Positions 1 through 13,300 of a DNA stretch of 64,000 bases are shown piece by piece. The translations under genes were made by a program, and so were the position numbers. The notes beneath the pieces were generated by a model that saw only the letters and a list, made by a program, of their open reading frames with translations, searched no databases and had not been told where the DNA came from. The first letter of the stretch is position 1; every line of letters starts with the position of its first letter. This DNA comes from Selaginella moellendorffii (taxonomy: Eukaryota > Plantae > Lycopodiophyta), in contig NW_003314381.1 of NCBI RefSeq assembly GCF_000143415.4, forward strand, positions 400,293 through 464,292, in the 5' to 3' direction.

Positions 1-16
1 CTCTTTGATTTTGAAG

Positions 17-1043
17 GTGTGCTCGAGGAGCTTCAGGATCACGTAGAATCTATCGACATGGCAAACGGTAAGCAGTTTTCCACGACCATTTGATTTTGTA
101 CCAAGAGTTGAATTGAATAGACCTGAAGGCCGTGGGAGGATTAAATCCTCTGATCGGGCTTCTGCAAGACCAGTACGCTCCGATTCGTGCAAGAGCTGCC
201 GAGGTTCTGAGCACGGTGGTGCAAAACAATCCAAAGAGCCAGAACGACGTGATGGAGCACAAAGGGATGGAGGCGTTGCTCAACACCTTCAGCTCCGATC
301 CTGACGTAAATGTGCGTGCCAAAGCACTGGGAGCGATTTCTTGTGAGTTTTTTGTTTGTCTAAGTTTGAACCGGAGCTCATATTGCGGGGTTTATGCAGC
401 TCTAATTCGAAATAACAAACTTGGTACCAACGCGTTTCGTCTGGCAAACGGATTTGGCCAGCTCAAGGAAGCTCTGTCGTCGGATCATTCCCGGTTGCAA
501 AGGTAAAACTTTTTAGCTGATATACATTCTCACGTCACTAATGCGTGTTGTTTCAGGAAAGCATTGCAAGTCATGCACTACTTGCTTCAAGACAATCCCA
601 AAGACAACGTCACGGCAGCAGAGCTGGGTTTTCCACCCCTCTTGACGAAGCTAGCACGCAGCAACGACGCGGATATCAGAGAGGAGGCCTTGCAAGCCAT
701 GGTGGACGTGTCTCACAACGACAAAGCGTCGTCACTGTCGTGGGGAAGCGACCACAAGGGCTTGAAGGATTTCCTCAATGAGCGTATGAGCAGCCTGCAG
801 GACATGAAACCGGAGGATCTGGCCCCGATGAGAGACGAAGGCGTCTTGCTGGACACGCTTTGGAGAGATTGCTTTGGCCAGCCGTCCGTCTTGAGGCAGA
901 AAGGACTTCTATCTCTTCCAGGCGATGACGAGCCGCCGCCAGACGTTGCAGGGGCGATGTTCCAGCCGAGCTTACGAAACCTCGCCGCTCAGCAATCCGA
1001 GGAGAAAAAAGAGCCGGAGCCACCTCTACTGCTCAAGCTCTAG
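17..1043 (+). CDS. Hsp70 nucleotide-exchange factor Fes1/HspBP1-like (ARM repeats); 5' part lies outside the window
   Basis: Exons 17-67, 121-342, 400-502 and 557-1043 are joined by in-phase GT-AG introns of 53-57 nt. Spliced protein reads LEELQDHVESIDMANDLKAVGGL..IRARAAEVLSTVVQNNPKSQ..KALGAISSLIRNN..RLQRKAL, ending PPLLLKL*. Confidence 0.9.
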
Positions 1044-1849
1044 TCTTTCTCCTCCGTACAGGTATGAGTTTGAATGACTGGGTTATTGTTTCTGAAAGTC
1101 TTGATAAACATCAGGTGCTGGGAGATAGAAAAGCAACTTTTCTCCCGACACGACTTTTGGAGCGGTCGTCTGCATGGAATGGTTCAGGTCGACTGGAGCC
1201 TAGAGTCTCATGATCATAAACTAAGGTACATTCGAGTCAGACGACTTTTCTTTTGCTGTAGTCTTCCGCTTTTTTCAATGAACAGAGGTCTAGAAGCAGG
1301 CCAAGTATTTGTTTGACGGCGAGAAAAACGCGATGTCGTTGACAAACTCAAAAGAGGCATTGTCAGGAAAAAAAATATCCCCGTCAAGTGAGCATCGAAA
1401 AAAGTCAAAGCATAGCCTCGACAAAGAGTTGAACCTGGCGAGTTCCTTTCACACGTAGTCAAACGCAGTAATATGGTGGGATGTATAATAACTCATGTTA
1501 ACTAGTTGAGAAACCATGGAAATGGCTTTGTACGGATGGGCGTGTGAGAGACGAGGACACCGGTTCGGCATGGACTAGCGAAGTTTTGAAGCAGATGGAA
1601 GTCTTAGCGGATTGTCAGCAGAGTAAGTGTCGTGTAAGTCTGAGTTCATGGCCAGCGATATTGGCAGCAACCTCTTTCTCAACGAGCCATTTGACAACGA
1701 AGAGTTCACTTCCTGGCTATCCGTAGCTATAACTCCAAAGAACTAGGCATCAACGATCTCATATTCTACACTGGTCGAGTTTGTTCGCTATGGAAAGGTA
1801 ATGTATATTACAGACATGACACCGTTTTTTTTATGATTTTGTTGAGCGT

Positions 1850-2333
1850 GTGAGGTTCACGCTGTTGAGAAGGTTCTGGACTGCTCCCTCCTGACACGAG
1901 CAACAAGACTTTTCTGGAGAATCGCCCACGGATCTTGATGGCCGAAAAGCGGAGCCAAGCTGGCCGTGAGAAAGACATACAGGAGTCAATTGATGAGAAC
2001 TTCTAGAGATGGAGTCGGGTTGTCAGTTGAACTCGCCTCTCAACGCTTGGCTGGCGGAAGGCCTTGTTCGAGAGTACATTCGTCTGAAGACAGTTCCTGA
2101 CTTGGAAATTTGATACTTTCAACCAGAAAGGCTTGGAAGGGGTAGCATCGGAGTTATCAGTTGGCCGAGTCACTGCAATTAGTGTTGAATCCCTTGGCTT
2201 CCACCCCGTGCTGATGAGTCTTTCAGGTTGGAATGTGAAGAAAGTCATGGATTCATACAAAAGAATGGTCCCGTCCATCCTGTACCACAAGGAGTCGAAA
2301 CTTCACGTAACATCTGACATAGAAGAACATTGA
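1850..2333 (+). pseudogene. Decayed partial copy of the 3' part of the CR-like P-loop gene, inverted relative to 2800-10365
   Basis: 1927-2090 is the reverse complement of ~8945-9115 (ggatc.tgatggccgaaaag..gagccaag; gagtacattcgtctgaag). 2100-2295 is the reverse complement of 2808-3065. Contains stops and indels. Confidence 0.7.
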
Positions 2334-2799
2334 TAATTGTCTAGCCTTCATTGATACACTCGTTACTCGGAAGCCTTCCCAATTGTACTGGTAAGAAAAA
2401 TAATAACAAAATTTATTATTAAATTTTAAATCTTCTCATATTATAGTTGCCATCGAACGAAACTGTTCCAAACTCCATGCGCACTGAGACAACGAGTTGC
2501 AAGGAAGCAAGTGAACAAAGACAAGCTTATAGAGAAGATAATTTCTAGCAATCTGATGGATTATCCAGTAATGCATCAGACAAAAGACTCAGGAATAACA
2601 GATGTGTCAATGAAGGCTAAACACTCAGGTTGATGTTCCTTGCAATCAGATAGTTGCAGGATATGCCATTGAAGCAAGTTCAGCCAGTCGAGCCACCTGG
2701 GATGTGATTGATGAGACCCGGCCTTGCCTTTACGTTGTCACCAACACTGAAGGAGCCAACCTGGGAAATGAATATATGACATTGAAGACATTTGCAGAC

Positions 2800-3145
2800 G
2801 TTGACAACTCCTTGTGGTACAGGATGAATGGGACCATTTCTTCATCGTCACTCCCTTCCACAAGTTCTATGAATCCATGACTTCTTCACATTCCAACTTA
2901 AAACGCTTATCTGGATGTCAAGGGATTTCTTGTTGGCAGTCATAATGATGATCACCACTACTTGCAATGACGAAGCACACTCCCTTTCTCAAAAGGTCAA
3001 TTGACACCTCCTCCAATGCTACACATTCCAAGCCTTGTAAATTTAGAAAGTATCAAATCTCCATGTAAGGCATATTCAGGAGCTTTGTCTCTTCCACTTT
3101 TTTGATATAGCCCGTCAGTTTGCTTTGTTTTTTCTTGTCTTTGCA
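2800..3145 (-). pseudogene. 3' continuation of the CR-like pseudogene at 8840-10365, separated by the Copia insertion
   Basis: Colinear with the uninterrupted + strand copy at 2070-2295. 3081-3145 duplicates 8841-8945. Confidence 0.65.
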
Positions 3146-5130
3146 TGGTATTAGAGATAGGTTAGTTCTCACTTATTGCCCACCTTGTCCTTGGAAGTGT
3201 TTGATGGAAAGGATTTCCAGTCATGGAAAGTCTTGAAAAAGGATCTTTGGGGAGTGATCTAGAGCGATCTCAAGCCAGGAGACGATGATGCAAATCAGAA
3301 AAAGGAGTGAGAGGTGAAGAATAGCAAGGTGTTGGGGGTTCTAGGACAAGGTACTGAAGCTATTTGGATATCAACAGAATGGCGAAAGAGAATTGAGATG
3401 CTGTATGCTTGATCCTTGGCACGACCAGGAAAGCAAGATTGCTGGATCTCAAACTCCAGCTCAACAGCTGTAAGTAGAGCGAGGCAGAATCAGTGAGTCA
3501 TTTTGCCAGTGCGCTTGTGGATAGATCGATGCAATCCAGATGAAGGAGTTTGATGATGATGAGATGCTCACAACCTTTTTCCAGGGATTGAATGGATCGA
3601 TGCAGCTGGCAATGTCACATCAAGTTCCAGCAACACTTTTATAGAAGTCATAGTATATCTCACTGCGTTGGAGGGCTTTCTCAAGTCTAGGCAAGCAAGC
3701 TCAAAGGAGAAAGAGTTAGCACTCTTTGCTTGGAAGGGGAAACAATCAATTATAGTGTGGGACAGATTAGGACCAAGACATGACTAAGGCGAGAGCAGTA
3801 AGAAGTTCAAGAAGAAGAAAAAGAACAATCTATGCAACATTTGCAAAGCCAGGACATGCACAGATGAGGAAGCCAAGAGAGCAAAGGAGGCAAGAAAAGC
3901 CGAGGTATAGAGAGTGGCCGGTAGGAGAAAGTCTGCCAACTTTGCTAGCATGGCAAAGGAGGATGACTGGGAAGGCAAGGGCAACTTCTTCATGGCCACA
4001 AGCACCTGGCCACTAGCTTCCAGGACGAGGCAGAGGTCATATGGCTTGATTTAGGGGCAAACATGATACACCTCTTTACATCACTTAGATCAGTTCTAGG
4101 AAACAAAAGGATTTTTCTAGGGGATGATTACTCACACAAGGTAGAAGGAGTTAGCACGGTTGACATCACAATCTACCCTGATGGAAGCTTGAGTGTACAC
4201 AATGTTTACTATGTTCTTAGGGTAAATAAGACACTATTTTCAGTGGGAAAATAGTAGATTGTGATTTGGACATTATTTTCAAGAAGTAGATATGCATGAT
4301 TGCAGGCTCAATAAGCACTGCAATTGTGTGTTGTATCATCTGAATGCTAAAGTGATATAGCTAGAGTGAGCTTTTTTTGTAGGACCAAGGAAAGTAGTGG
4401 ATTTCCAAATATGGCATAGACAGGAACTCCATGCAAAAGAGATGGTGAAGGTTGCTATTACTTATGTTAAGGAGATTTTAACAAGTTGTTTTTTGTCACC
4501 TTCATTGACAATTAATTATCCATCTGTACTAGAGTCTTATAGTGGATACCTTTGTTTGTGGATGTTTCACATAAGAGGAAGGACATATGCATGAATGCCT
4601 AATACATATAATTTCAAATTTAAGAGTAGAAATATATTTTACTCAAGGGTATATTATATTTTTAAATATCAATGGGAATTAAACCCCTTATGCCACATGT
4701 AACACATCCTATTTCTCTCCCCTTAAAGCCAACTGGAAAAAGAGCAATTATTTGATGAGAAAGCTCTTAATGGCTATTTTTATTCCCATTTATCCCTTAA
4801 AGTTCCAAAGATTTATGATGACAATATATCCAAATTTCATCCCATGATTACATACACTACAACTTCTCACACATTATCAAGTCTTTCAGAAGTTCCAATA
4901 CTTCAAAACCCAAAAACTAGAAAGAAATTCAAGGCCTTTAGGAGTGAGTCCACTTCACTAGAATTTGCTAAGTCTTATGATTCAATAAGAATCCAAAGGT
5001 AGTTCTCCATCCTATATCCACAATAGCAGAATAGTGTATCAAAGAAGACACTCCATGATGCAATAAGAGCTCTCTTACAAGACTCAAGTTTGCCGCAAAC
5101 TTTTTACTATTACCATAGTAACTTACTTAT

Positions 5131-5829
5131 TGTAAACTTCTGAGTTTAGACTTTCTGGGAGGTCACCCAGCCCAGTACTATTTAAACCCAAAGACGCTTA
5201 ACTCCAACTATCCCAAGACCCTTAACCGATTGGAAAAGGAGGTGCACTCTTGTTCATAGGCCCTTTCCCTCTATATTTGAACCCTATGGACCGTCTTAAA
5301 CCCAAGGACGCTTAACTCCAACTATCCCAAGACCCTTAACCGATTGGAAAAGGGGGTGCACTCTTGTTCATAGGCCCTTTCCCTCTATATTTGAACCCTA
5401 TGGACCGTCTTTCAAGTCGTTCTCTTTGGTTTCTTACAATCCACCACGCTTCCCTGCAAGTTCACGCCCTCGTGAACGGAAGCTGAGAGCCGCAACTCTC
5501 CCAAGAGCCCCGCTCTCTTGACACCCTAGTCGAGCCCAGTGGGAGCAAATTAGACCAGCCAGATGTCAATCAACATGTGGTGTGATTCCCTTAACCAACC
5601 AACAGAGTCAGACCTGAGACCACTCAGATACCAAATGTAAGCTCCTGAGTTTAGACTTCCCGGAAGGTCACCCAACCCAGTACTATTCAAACCTAAGGAC
5701 GCTTAACTCCAACTATCCCAAGACCCTTAACCGATTGGAAAAGGGGGTGCACTCTTGTTCATGGGCCCTTTCCCTCTATATTTGAACCCTATGTACTGTC
5801 TCTCAAGTCGTTCTCTTTAGTTAGTTACA
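5131..5829 (-). mobile_element. Cassandra-type TRIM (non-autonomous LTR element with 5S rRNA-derived sequence in the LTRs)
   Basis: LTRs 5131-5438 and 5636-5829 (TG..CA). 5-bp TSD CTTAT at 5126-5130 and 5830-5834. iMet-like PBS TGGTATCTGAG on the minus strand at 5623-5633. ~200-bp non-coding interior. LTR minus strand reads GGAGTTAAGCGT..TAGTACTGGGTTGGGTGACCTTCCGGGAAGTC, matching the 5S rRNA A-box to C-box region. Confidence 0.9.
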
Positions 5830-6991
5830 CTTATATATCTACTAGCTTACCTCAACAGTGTCAAAGAAGACACCAAATGAGGTTTAGTATGGGATAAACT
5901 TGCAAGCACAAGTTAAAAGTGTGTGTTCTTGTTGGATACACAAACACAATGAAGAGCTACAAGCTCTTCAATTTAGAAATTCAAAAAATGATTATGAGTA
6001 AAGACATTATCTTTGATGAGTTTAGGACATATGCACATTGCCATAGTTTTTTCTAACTTGTGATCATGCAACTTTATAGGCCACCCTTTTTTAAATCAGC
6101 ACCTTTAACTAAAGCCTTTGTCCCCTCAACTTGCCAATTTTGCATAACAAGTCATTTGACTAGCGAGCAGTGTAATATAGTTTTATACATAAGCATGAAA
6201 GTCCTTAATTAGGGCACACACAATCTAATTAGCCTAAAAACCTTAGATGATATGGCAACCAAGTGGCAACAAGGATGGTGTGGATGGCCCTAGAGTGTTA
6301 GGACAGCAAACCTATTAGGAGGCAAAGCTGTAGTAGGACCAAGGCCGTGAGCATGCTGTTAGCAAGACTAGGGCTGAAATTAGTGAGGACAGTTGAGATG
6401 TTCTGGCCATGAGCACACACTCACAAAGGCTGGATGTGAATATAGGGAGCTGAATTTACAAATAGCTAAGTGGGATTCTCTATAAGAAGCCAAGACTACT
6501 AGAGACATATCAGTGACATTGCTAATTCCTGAGACCTTCTATGATCTAATTTCTTATTTTGTCAACTCTAGCATGGAGGAAGAAGTGGCACATAATGAGT
6601 CCCAGCTTCTACTTCTCTTTAGCCATGACCAAGATGCACTTGTTTTGAAGACCATGGAAGAAGCTCTTTCCAGACCTGATTATCAAGTTGAGTACAACTC
6701 GTTGATGCAAAACCAGACTTGGGACCTTGTGGAGCTGCCACTTAATAGGAAAGTGATCAAAACCAAGTTCCTCTTGCAAATACATGCTACAAAGTCAGAT
6801 TTGTGGCAAAAGGATTCTCACAAGTTGAAGGAGTTGATTTCTATGAGACTTTTTCACTAGTGGTGAAGCTTGCATCAATTTGACTTCTCTACAACTTAGC
6901 AATTCATAAAAACATAGAGGTTGAGCACATGGACGTGACTATGGCATTCTTTGAATGATGATTTAGAGGAGGAAGTCTACACTGAGCAACT

Positions 6992-8355
6992 ATCAATGGC
7001 AGAAATTGTCTCTTTTTTCTAATTTTTTGCAGTTAAGAGCTTTATGAGAAGAAAATAATAGAAGTTGAGATTTTAAAGGAATATCTGAATATTCCAAAAG
7101 AATCTGTGCAAGGTGGGAGGAAGTTAAGAAAAGTTAGGGGAAGAGAGGAGAATGACAAATGGAGCTTGGCATGAGTCGGAAAGGCAGAATAATGGAGCAC
7201 AGTGTAAAGCTGATGCGGTGACATGGCATATTCAAGTGCGGCGACATGCAAAACAAACAAGGTTATCTGGTGAGTAGCAAGTGAGTACAATATACCCACA
7301 CTGTGGGCAAGAGTGGATTAACATGCTAGCTGAAGTCTTGGTTGAATTGTTAAAGGAATAAGAGCTTTTGTTCCTACGTAGCTCTTGAAGTATGAGTCCA
7401 AGGTTCTAGTTGTCATGTTTGGTGCGTCAACTGAGAGCTGCATTCATGAGCATTGAAGCTGGGCGTGGAAGGCCAAACTTCAGCCCTGGAGTGGTAGCTT
7501 GTGCATGCATGGCCAGAGACGGCAACAAGAACAAATAGAAAAAACTGTAGAAGATATTCTTAGAAGGGAGAAATCAGAAAAATAGAAAAAAGGCAGAGAA
7601 GCAAGATTTAAGAAGCGCCAGCAAAACGATTTAGCGTTTTCTTCAGAAAAAACACCACAAAAGTTGCAGCAGATGAAGAGGAAGAGTGGGGACCTTATCA
7701 AAGTTCGCCACTACACCAACAGCAGCAATCAGTTATCGTGATGGCAACAATAACACCACCAGCAGTTACAAGCCGGATGAAATATCCATCATACACCACG
7801 TTCAGTGATCCTGATGAGGATTACAACGTTCGAAAATGTTAGCATGGCAAATAATGAGTAGAATCTAAGGCAAAGGTTTTTTCCTGCAACATTGAAAGAT
7901 GTAGCTACAGAATGGTATGCCGCAGCAGCAGCTTTTGCAGACTGGGACACCTTGAAGAATGCATTTTTAAATGCATTTCAACCTGCAGTATTTCATCAAA
8001 GAGTGAGCGACGAGCTGAGTACAATTGCCTTGCAGCCTGGAGAAATGATACAGCGTCATGTGATGTGTTTTCAAAGACTTTTAGCCAAGAGAAAACCAAC
8101 TCCAACAACAAATGATCAGGTTCGATATTTTTGGCAAGGCTTACATGAGAATGCAGCCTTCTATGTGCACTGTAATGAGCCAGCCGATTTGGATGCAGCT
8201 GTCAACTTGGCATCTCAATTTGAACAGGCCAGAATACCTGGAAGATGCAAGGTTCTAATCTTGTCATGCAGCCTTTGAGTTTGGAGCAGCTAAATTCAAA
8301 TCTGGCACCTGTACTTGGTAATTCTACAGCAATACATAGTCTGGTTCCTGCCACA
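6992..8355 (+). mobile_element. Insertion with a Gypsy-type gag fragment interrupting the Copia RT
   Basis: Copia RT stops at EEVYTEQ (~6990) and resumes at QQPAGF (~8360). ORF 7892-8278 (LKDVATEWY..WDTLKNAFLNAF..LQPGE..FWQGL) has a retrotransposon gag pattern. Boundaries are approximate. Confidence 0.65.
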
Positions 8356-8839
8356 GCATCGACAGCAACCAGCCGGATTCATTGTCAAAGGACAAGAGCA
8401 CTTGGTATGCAAGCTAAAGAAGGCACTTTATGGCCTGAAGCAATCACCTTGTGCCTGGTACGCAAAGATGAACTTGTTTCTTCTTGCCCTTGGCTTCAAG
8501 AGTCTCTCTGCAGACAGTAACGTGTACATCAAGCGTGTGGGAGCTCTCTTAGTGCTACTGGCTCTGTATGTGAATGATTGCTTGCTCCTCAGCAAAAGCA
8601 AGAAGCTGATTCAACAACTCAAGAAAGATCTCAGCTCGAGATTCAAGATGGTGGACCTTGGGAGTGCTATCTCAGCATCCAGATCTTCAGAGACAGGAGG
8701 AAGGGAACAATCGAAATGTCTCAAAAGAAGTACATTGAAAATCTCCTCCAGAAATTTAAACTTACCAACGTCAACTCCAGGCAAGTGTTGCAAGCCCAAC
8801 TTGAGTGGTCCAAGTTGACCATCGTGACTTTTAGCTAGT

Positions 8840-10365
8840 TTAGCTTTGTCTCTTCCACTTTCTTAGAGCTTGGCAATGCCTAAGGCGTACAACTAGCAAC
8901 GGCTGGCATTCTAGAATCCTTGCTTTGTTTTTTCTCGTCTTTGCACTTCAGACGAATGTACTCTCCAACAAGGCCTTCCGCCAGCCAAGCATTGGGGAAC
9001 GAGTTTGGCTGATGATCCGAAATAAGTCTTCTGCTTGTCACCAATTGCTTCTTGAACTCCTTTATGTTTTTCTCACGGGCCACTTGGCTCTACTTTTCGG
9101 CCATCACGATCCGTAGGCAATTCTCAGCACTGAGACGATTGGCTTGTTGCCAAAGGTCCATTCGGAGAAGATGTCAGGAGGGAGCTCTAGATTTCCAATC
9201 TCCTCCAAACTCAAGCCCAAAACTTTCTCAACAATCCATAGTTATGTGCTCCACAAAATAATTGAAAATCCGCTAGTTTCTTCTGTAAACCACTTCCTCA
9301 AGTGCATCACCTTTGTGAACAAACTCGGCCAGGCATCGTGGTATGAAACCAAACCAGTGTAAAATAGGGCCTAGACACAGAACCATAGAAATCAATCCAA
9401 AAACGGGGACAGTACCAAGATATTTGAATATGGCCAGGACAGCACCATGGCCACTCTGGCGTTTTGATCGGGGCTTCAATACCTGCAGAGCATGCAGCGG
9501 CAGATCGTTGATGTCGACGTCTTTGAAGTTATAGCCGGATAGCCAGCACTTGGAGCTTTTGGATGCTGTCACAAGCCATTGCTTTTCCCAGTGTCGAGCA
9601 AAACCCAGAAGCAAAGCTTGTAAAACATATGCCAGCTTCGCCTCCGTCCAAACCAGCCGTGACAAAATGATATAAACGACCACCCCGCCTTCTTGCTCGT
9701 AAGTGTGGAGATAGCTCGCCAGGGCTGCCAAAACATACGACTTGCCCCTACCCGGATGGCCTCGGAATTGGATATAAGGTTTATTTTTGTCTTCAATTTC
9801 TTCGAGTAGTGACCGGAGCTGTGGACGGCCAACATAAGTGAAGGATCGCGGTGGAGAGAACTTGGTGCTTGAGATGCTCGGAAGTTCGAGCTTAGTCAAG
9901 CGCGACGGATCGCAGAGCTGCATTAAGGCCTCCTCTCGGTTCAATCGCTGCACGATTTTCTTGTGCCGCTGCCATGCCTCCGAGACAAGGGGCCGTGGCT
10001 AAAGATTTTGAAACAAGTAGGATTGGAAGCGTTATTGATAATCTTCCAGATAGTAACGTGGTGTAAATTTAAGTGCTTGCAAGATTTGTAATGCACTTGA
10101 TGGCAATAGTTTGTGGAAGAACTCGTTTCAATCCTTGATTTCCTCATAGAGCCAGGATAACATTTCTGGTTCCTCCTCCTCCGCAAGAATAACACCACGC
10201 GACTCTTACCTCGTCTGTTATCTCTGCGATAACTTTCTCCGGAGCCTCAGCGTGGTCACCCTCGACCACAGTTTTCTCTACATCGTTTGCTGCCGACCGA
10301 TGTCCTTCCTTTGAGGATTTCTTGGGCTTCTTCTTCTTCTTCTGTTTCCTCTCTGATTCTCCCAT
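8840..10365 (-). pseudogene. Crinkler/RHS-like P-loop NTPase pseudogene (different family from the array)
   Basis: ORF 9273-9953 has FTYVGRPQLRSLLEEI..IQFRGHPGRGKSYVLAALASYL..VVYI (Walker A in CR-NTPase context). Lys-rich N-terminal ORF at 10144-10365. Frameshifts and stops downstream. Confidence 0.6.
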
Positions 10366-13300
10366 TGCTGACGATTCTCTTTCAATCTCTCCTCACTTCT
10401 CCTTTCTACGCCTCGACTCACCACCTTGCACCACAACAGGCCAGCCTCGACGTTGATTCTTTAACTTCTTTTAAACTCTAAACCACAAAAAAATTCTTAA
10501 TTTGCTAAGGGGAAAAGAAATGAAAAGAAAAGGATCCAACATCGTTTAATTTTGGTTGACAGTTTCATTGTTTCCACAACACAATGAGGAGTTTGGAATG
10601 TGATGATTCGAGTAGCTCGGGCTGATGTGGAGAAGCTTGGATAAGCCCTTCCAAGAAACTAAAGTTTTGAAACTACTGTTAGAAAACCATTAAACAAATT
10701 AATGTGTATAACATACCACCCAACTCTTGTGCTCAAACACGAGAATCCACTTGGGATTGTTTAGAACATGAGTTGCCAGATGAGCAAGCTTACATACTCT
10801 TAATTATGAGTCCAATCAAACGAGCCATATTCCTAACAGGGAATCAGGAGCTGCCTAGGTTCTCAAATGATGAAACAAATGGAACACCTTTTCTTGCGCA
10901 CTGGGAGCAATAGTTTTATTCATTTAGAGTTTTTATTGCGGCGCCGTTTGATTCGAAATAATTAACTCGGTACCACTGGCAAAATTTGACCAGCTTTCTC
11001 ACTCCCGGTTCCAAAATGCTCACGCAACTCTCCATGTCTGTTCTTGTTTTCCTCACGAAGCTATCTTGCAGACATGGTTAGTAGAAAAGGAAGGAAAAAA
11101 ACAAGAGCTTAGTCCTTCTACCTCGTACAAGTTCCAAGCCTTGGTTTGTTTAAGGCCGAGGCATTTCGTTTTTCCTTCTTTTCCCGACACGGCTTTCGGA
11201 GCGGTCGTCTGCATGCAAAGAAATGGAAAGATTTCAGGTCTCCGCTCCGCATGCTCGAGTGGAGCCTGGAATGATGCTAGCCCTCACTGTGGCTGCTTTT
11301 GTCATCTGCTTATAAGGTACATTCGTCTCAAAGATAGTGTGTATAACCCTTTTTGCTTGGTGGTTTTAAGAAATAACGTTGTTGACAACTCTCTCCAGTG
11401 GCTGGTGAAAGAGGCAAGTGTCTAACATTTTAAAACTCATTTGTGATCCGGCTATGGCTTTTGTCTCGAAAGTTACGTCTCCCTGGTGGAATGTTACTCT
11501 GAATATATGATTATGGAAACTTTAACTTGGGGGAGGCATCACGCGTTGATTGAGAGATACGTTCATATCAACAATAGTAATGTGCACACCTGGAAAGGCG
11601 AGCGTGACGATTGCCCATGACACAGCAAGCCTTCGTCAGCAACAGCCAGCAGGAGAAAACAACTATATTCGATCAAAAGAAAATTGACAGAAAAAAAAAG
11701 CTCTGAGGATTTACAAAATTTGATTGACTACGTGCACGTGATGCGCATGGCCAGTTATTTATTTATTTTCCCTCCCTCCGTTTTCCGCTCTTGGTGGTTG
11801 GCTGGAATTATTTTGCTCGCGGTTTGAGATTTTTATTACCGCAAAGTCAACTGATCTGCATTTGAATTGCCTCCCTCGAGAAAACGATGTTTTAACGTCC
11901 AAGAAGAAGCAGCTGAATTATGCATGTACGTATGTGTAGTACAAGTGGGGAGTATAGTACAGCCGCCCAAAAGAGGTGACCACCCTTTCATGAACATTCC
12001 TTGGTAATTCATGTACTTTGTAATTCATAGCCCACCACTTTGCAAAAGTACTATCTTGAGCGAATCCGGTTCAGGTTCAGATTCAGCTTCAGGTTCAGGT
12101 TCAGAGTTGCACCTTCCTTACACAAACTTCAGAGAGATGGTGTTCCTGTTGCATGCATTTCCCTTCATCTCCTTTCCCAGGTGCAAAACAAAGTGGTCCC
12201 CATCTCCATAAAATCTCCTTGCTCGCACAGCCCAGCCCAATAGCAGAGCATGCCAAAAGAAAAAGAGGCCTTCCTAGTGCTGGGCCAAATTATTACAGGT
12301 GTTCTACTGTAGCAAAATGGTCGTTCTGACACGCATCTAGACACAAACAACTGAGTTGTTCTTGGTTTTTTTTTCTTTTGTTCTTTTGTTCTTTTTTTTT
12401 TTTTTTTTTGCGTGCTGCTCTCGAAGCTGGAAAAGGTTTTCCCATTAACAAAAGCGAGGAAACAGGTGGATGGGCGGATAGCTCCATTTGTGCTCCCCCA
12501 ATTTTTGTGCGTGGTTGCGTGGGTGAGGCTAACTTGCAAACCGAATGTAACATGGGGGAGTTGGCAGCAGCCTTCTGATATAAGTTTTTTTGGCGATTTA
12601 CACATTAAAAATTTAATGCAAGAGTTGATCGCTTTGCTGTTGGCCTGGCATCTGCCTATCAATCATCCAACCACCTTTGAATGTGAGGTGTGCTTGCACT
12701 CGTTGTACACAACTCAAGAAAAGGAGATGTATCTATCCTGAGATGTCAACCATTTAAACATACCTTCCAGGCACTGCTCTCAGATGAAAGTTGATAGTCC
12801 CCGCCCGGATGACGTCGTCAAATACAGTGTAGATTCCCCGTGGAAAATAAGAAAGATTAATGCCGGTTTGCTGCGACTGAGAAGGCTGTTTTTGTCAAGG
12901 ACCGATGCGATTCCCAGCAAGAACTTCAGATCTGGAAGCACTTTCTAGAAGAAACTTACTTACAATCATAAAAGCGACAGGCCCGCAACAGGGCGCAGTC
13001 GCCAGAATCATGTTTGTGGATGATCAATTCTCAAGGAGCATATGCCCGCTCAGATTCAACCTTACCGGATGCAAGCCTCTGAAACAAGAGTGGCAAAAGT
13101 CTCGACTCAAGTATTATAACATATCCAAAAATTTCCTGCTCCTGCTGCCTCCTACCATACACATCATAGACAATTCCACCCAATACTTTAAAAAATCTCG
13201 TGATACTCAGGCCAGGACTTGGTGTGCCATATCAACACAGTACACATGCACCACAGAAAAAAAAAAGTAGACTGTATTTTTCTTTTGTTGGTGCGGTTGG

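Larger units (their letters stand above)
3146..8800 (+). mobile_element. Degenerate Ty1/Copia internal region without recognisable LTRs, with nested insertions
   Basis: PBS-like TGGTATTAGAG at 3146-3156. Zinc-knuckle relic ~3830 and protease relic WLDLGA ~4040. RT motifs YNSLMQNQTWDLVELP (~6690), FVAKGFSQVEGVDFYETF (~6800) and VCKLKKALYGLKQSPCAWY..LALYVNDCLL (8400-8590). Many stops and frameshifts. Confidence 0.85.

Noticed and set aside
5150-5710. 5S rRNA gene
   Set aside because: Only the internal ~60-nt promoter part is present, embedded in LTRs with a TSD. It belongs to the Cassandra element.
6171-6518. Possible solo LTR (TGTAA..TGACA) inside the Copia
   Set aside because: No matching TSD and no second copy in the window.
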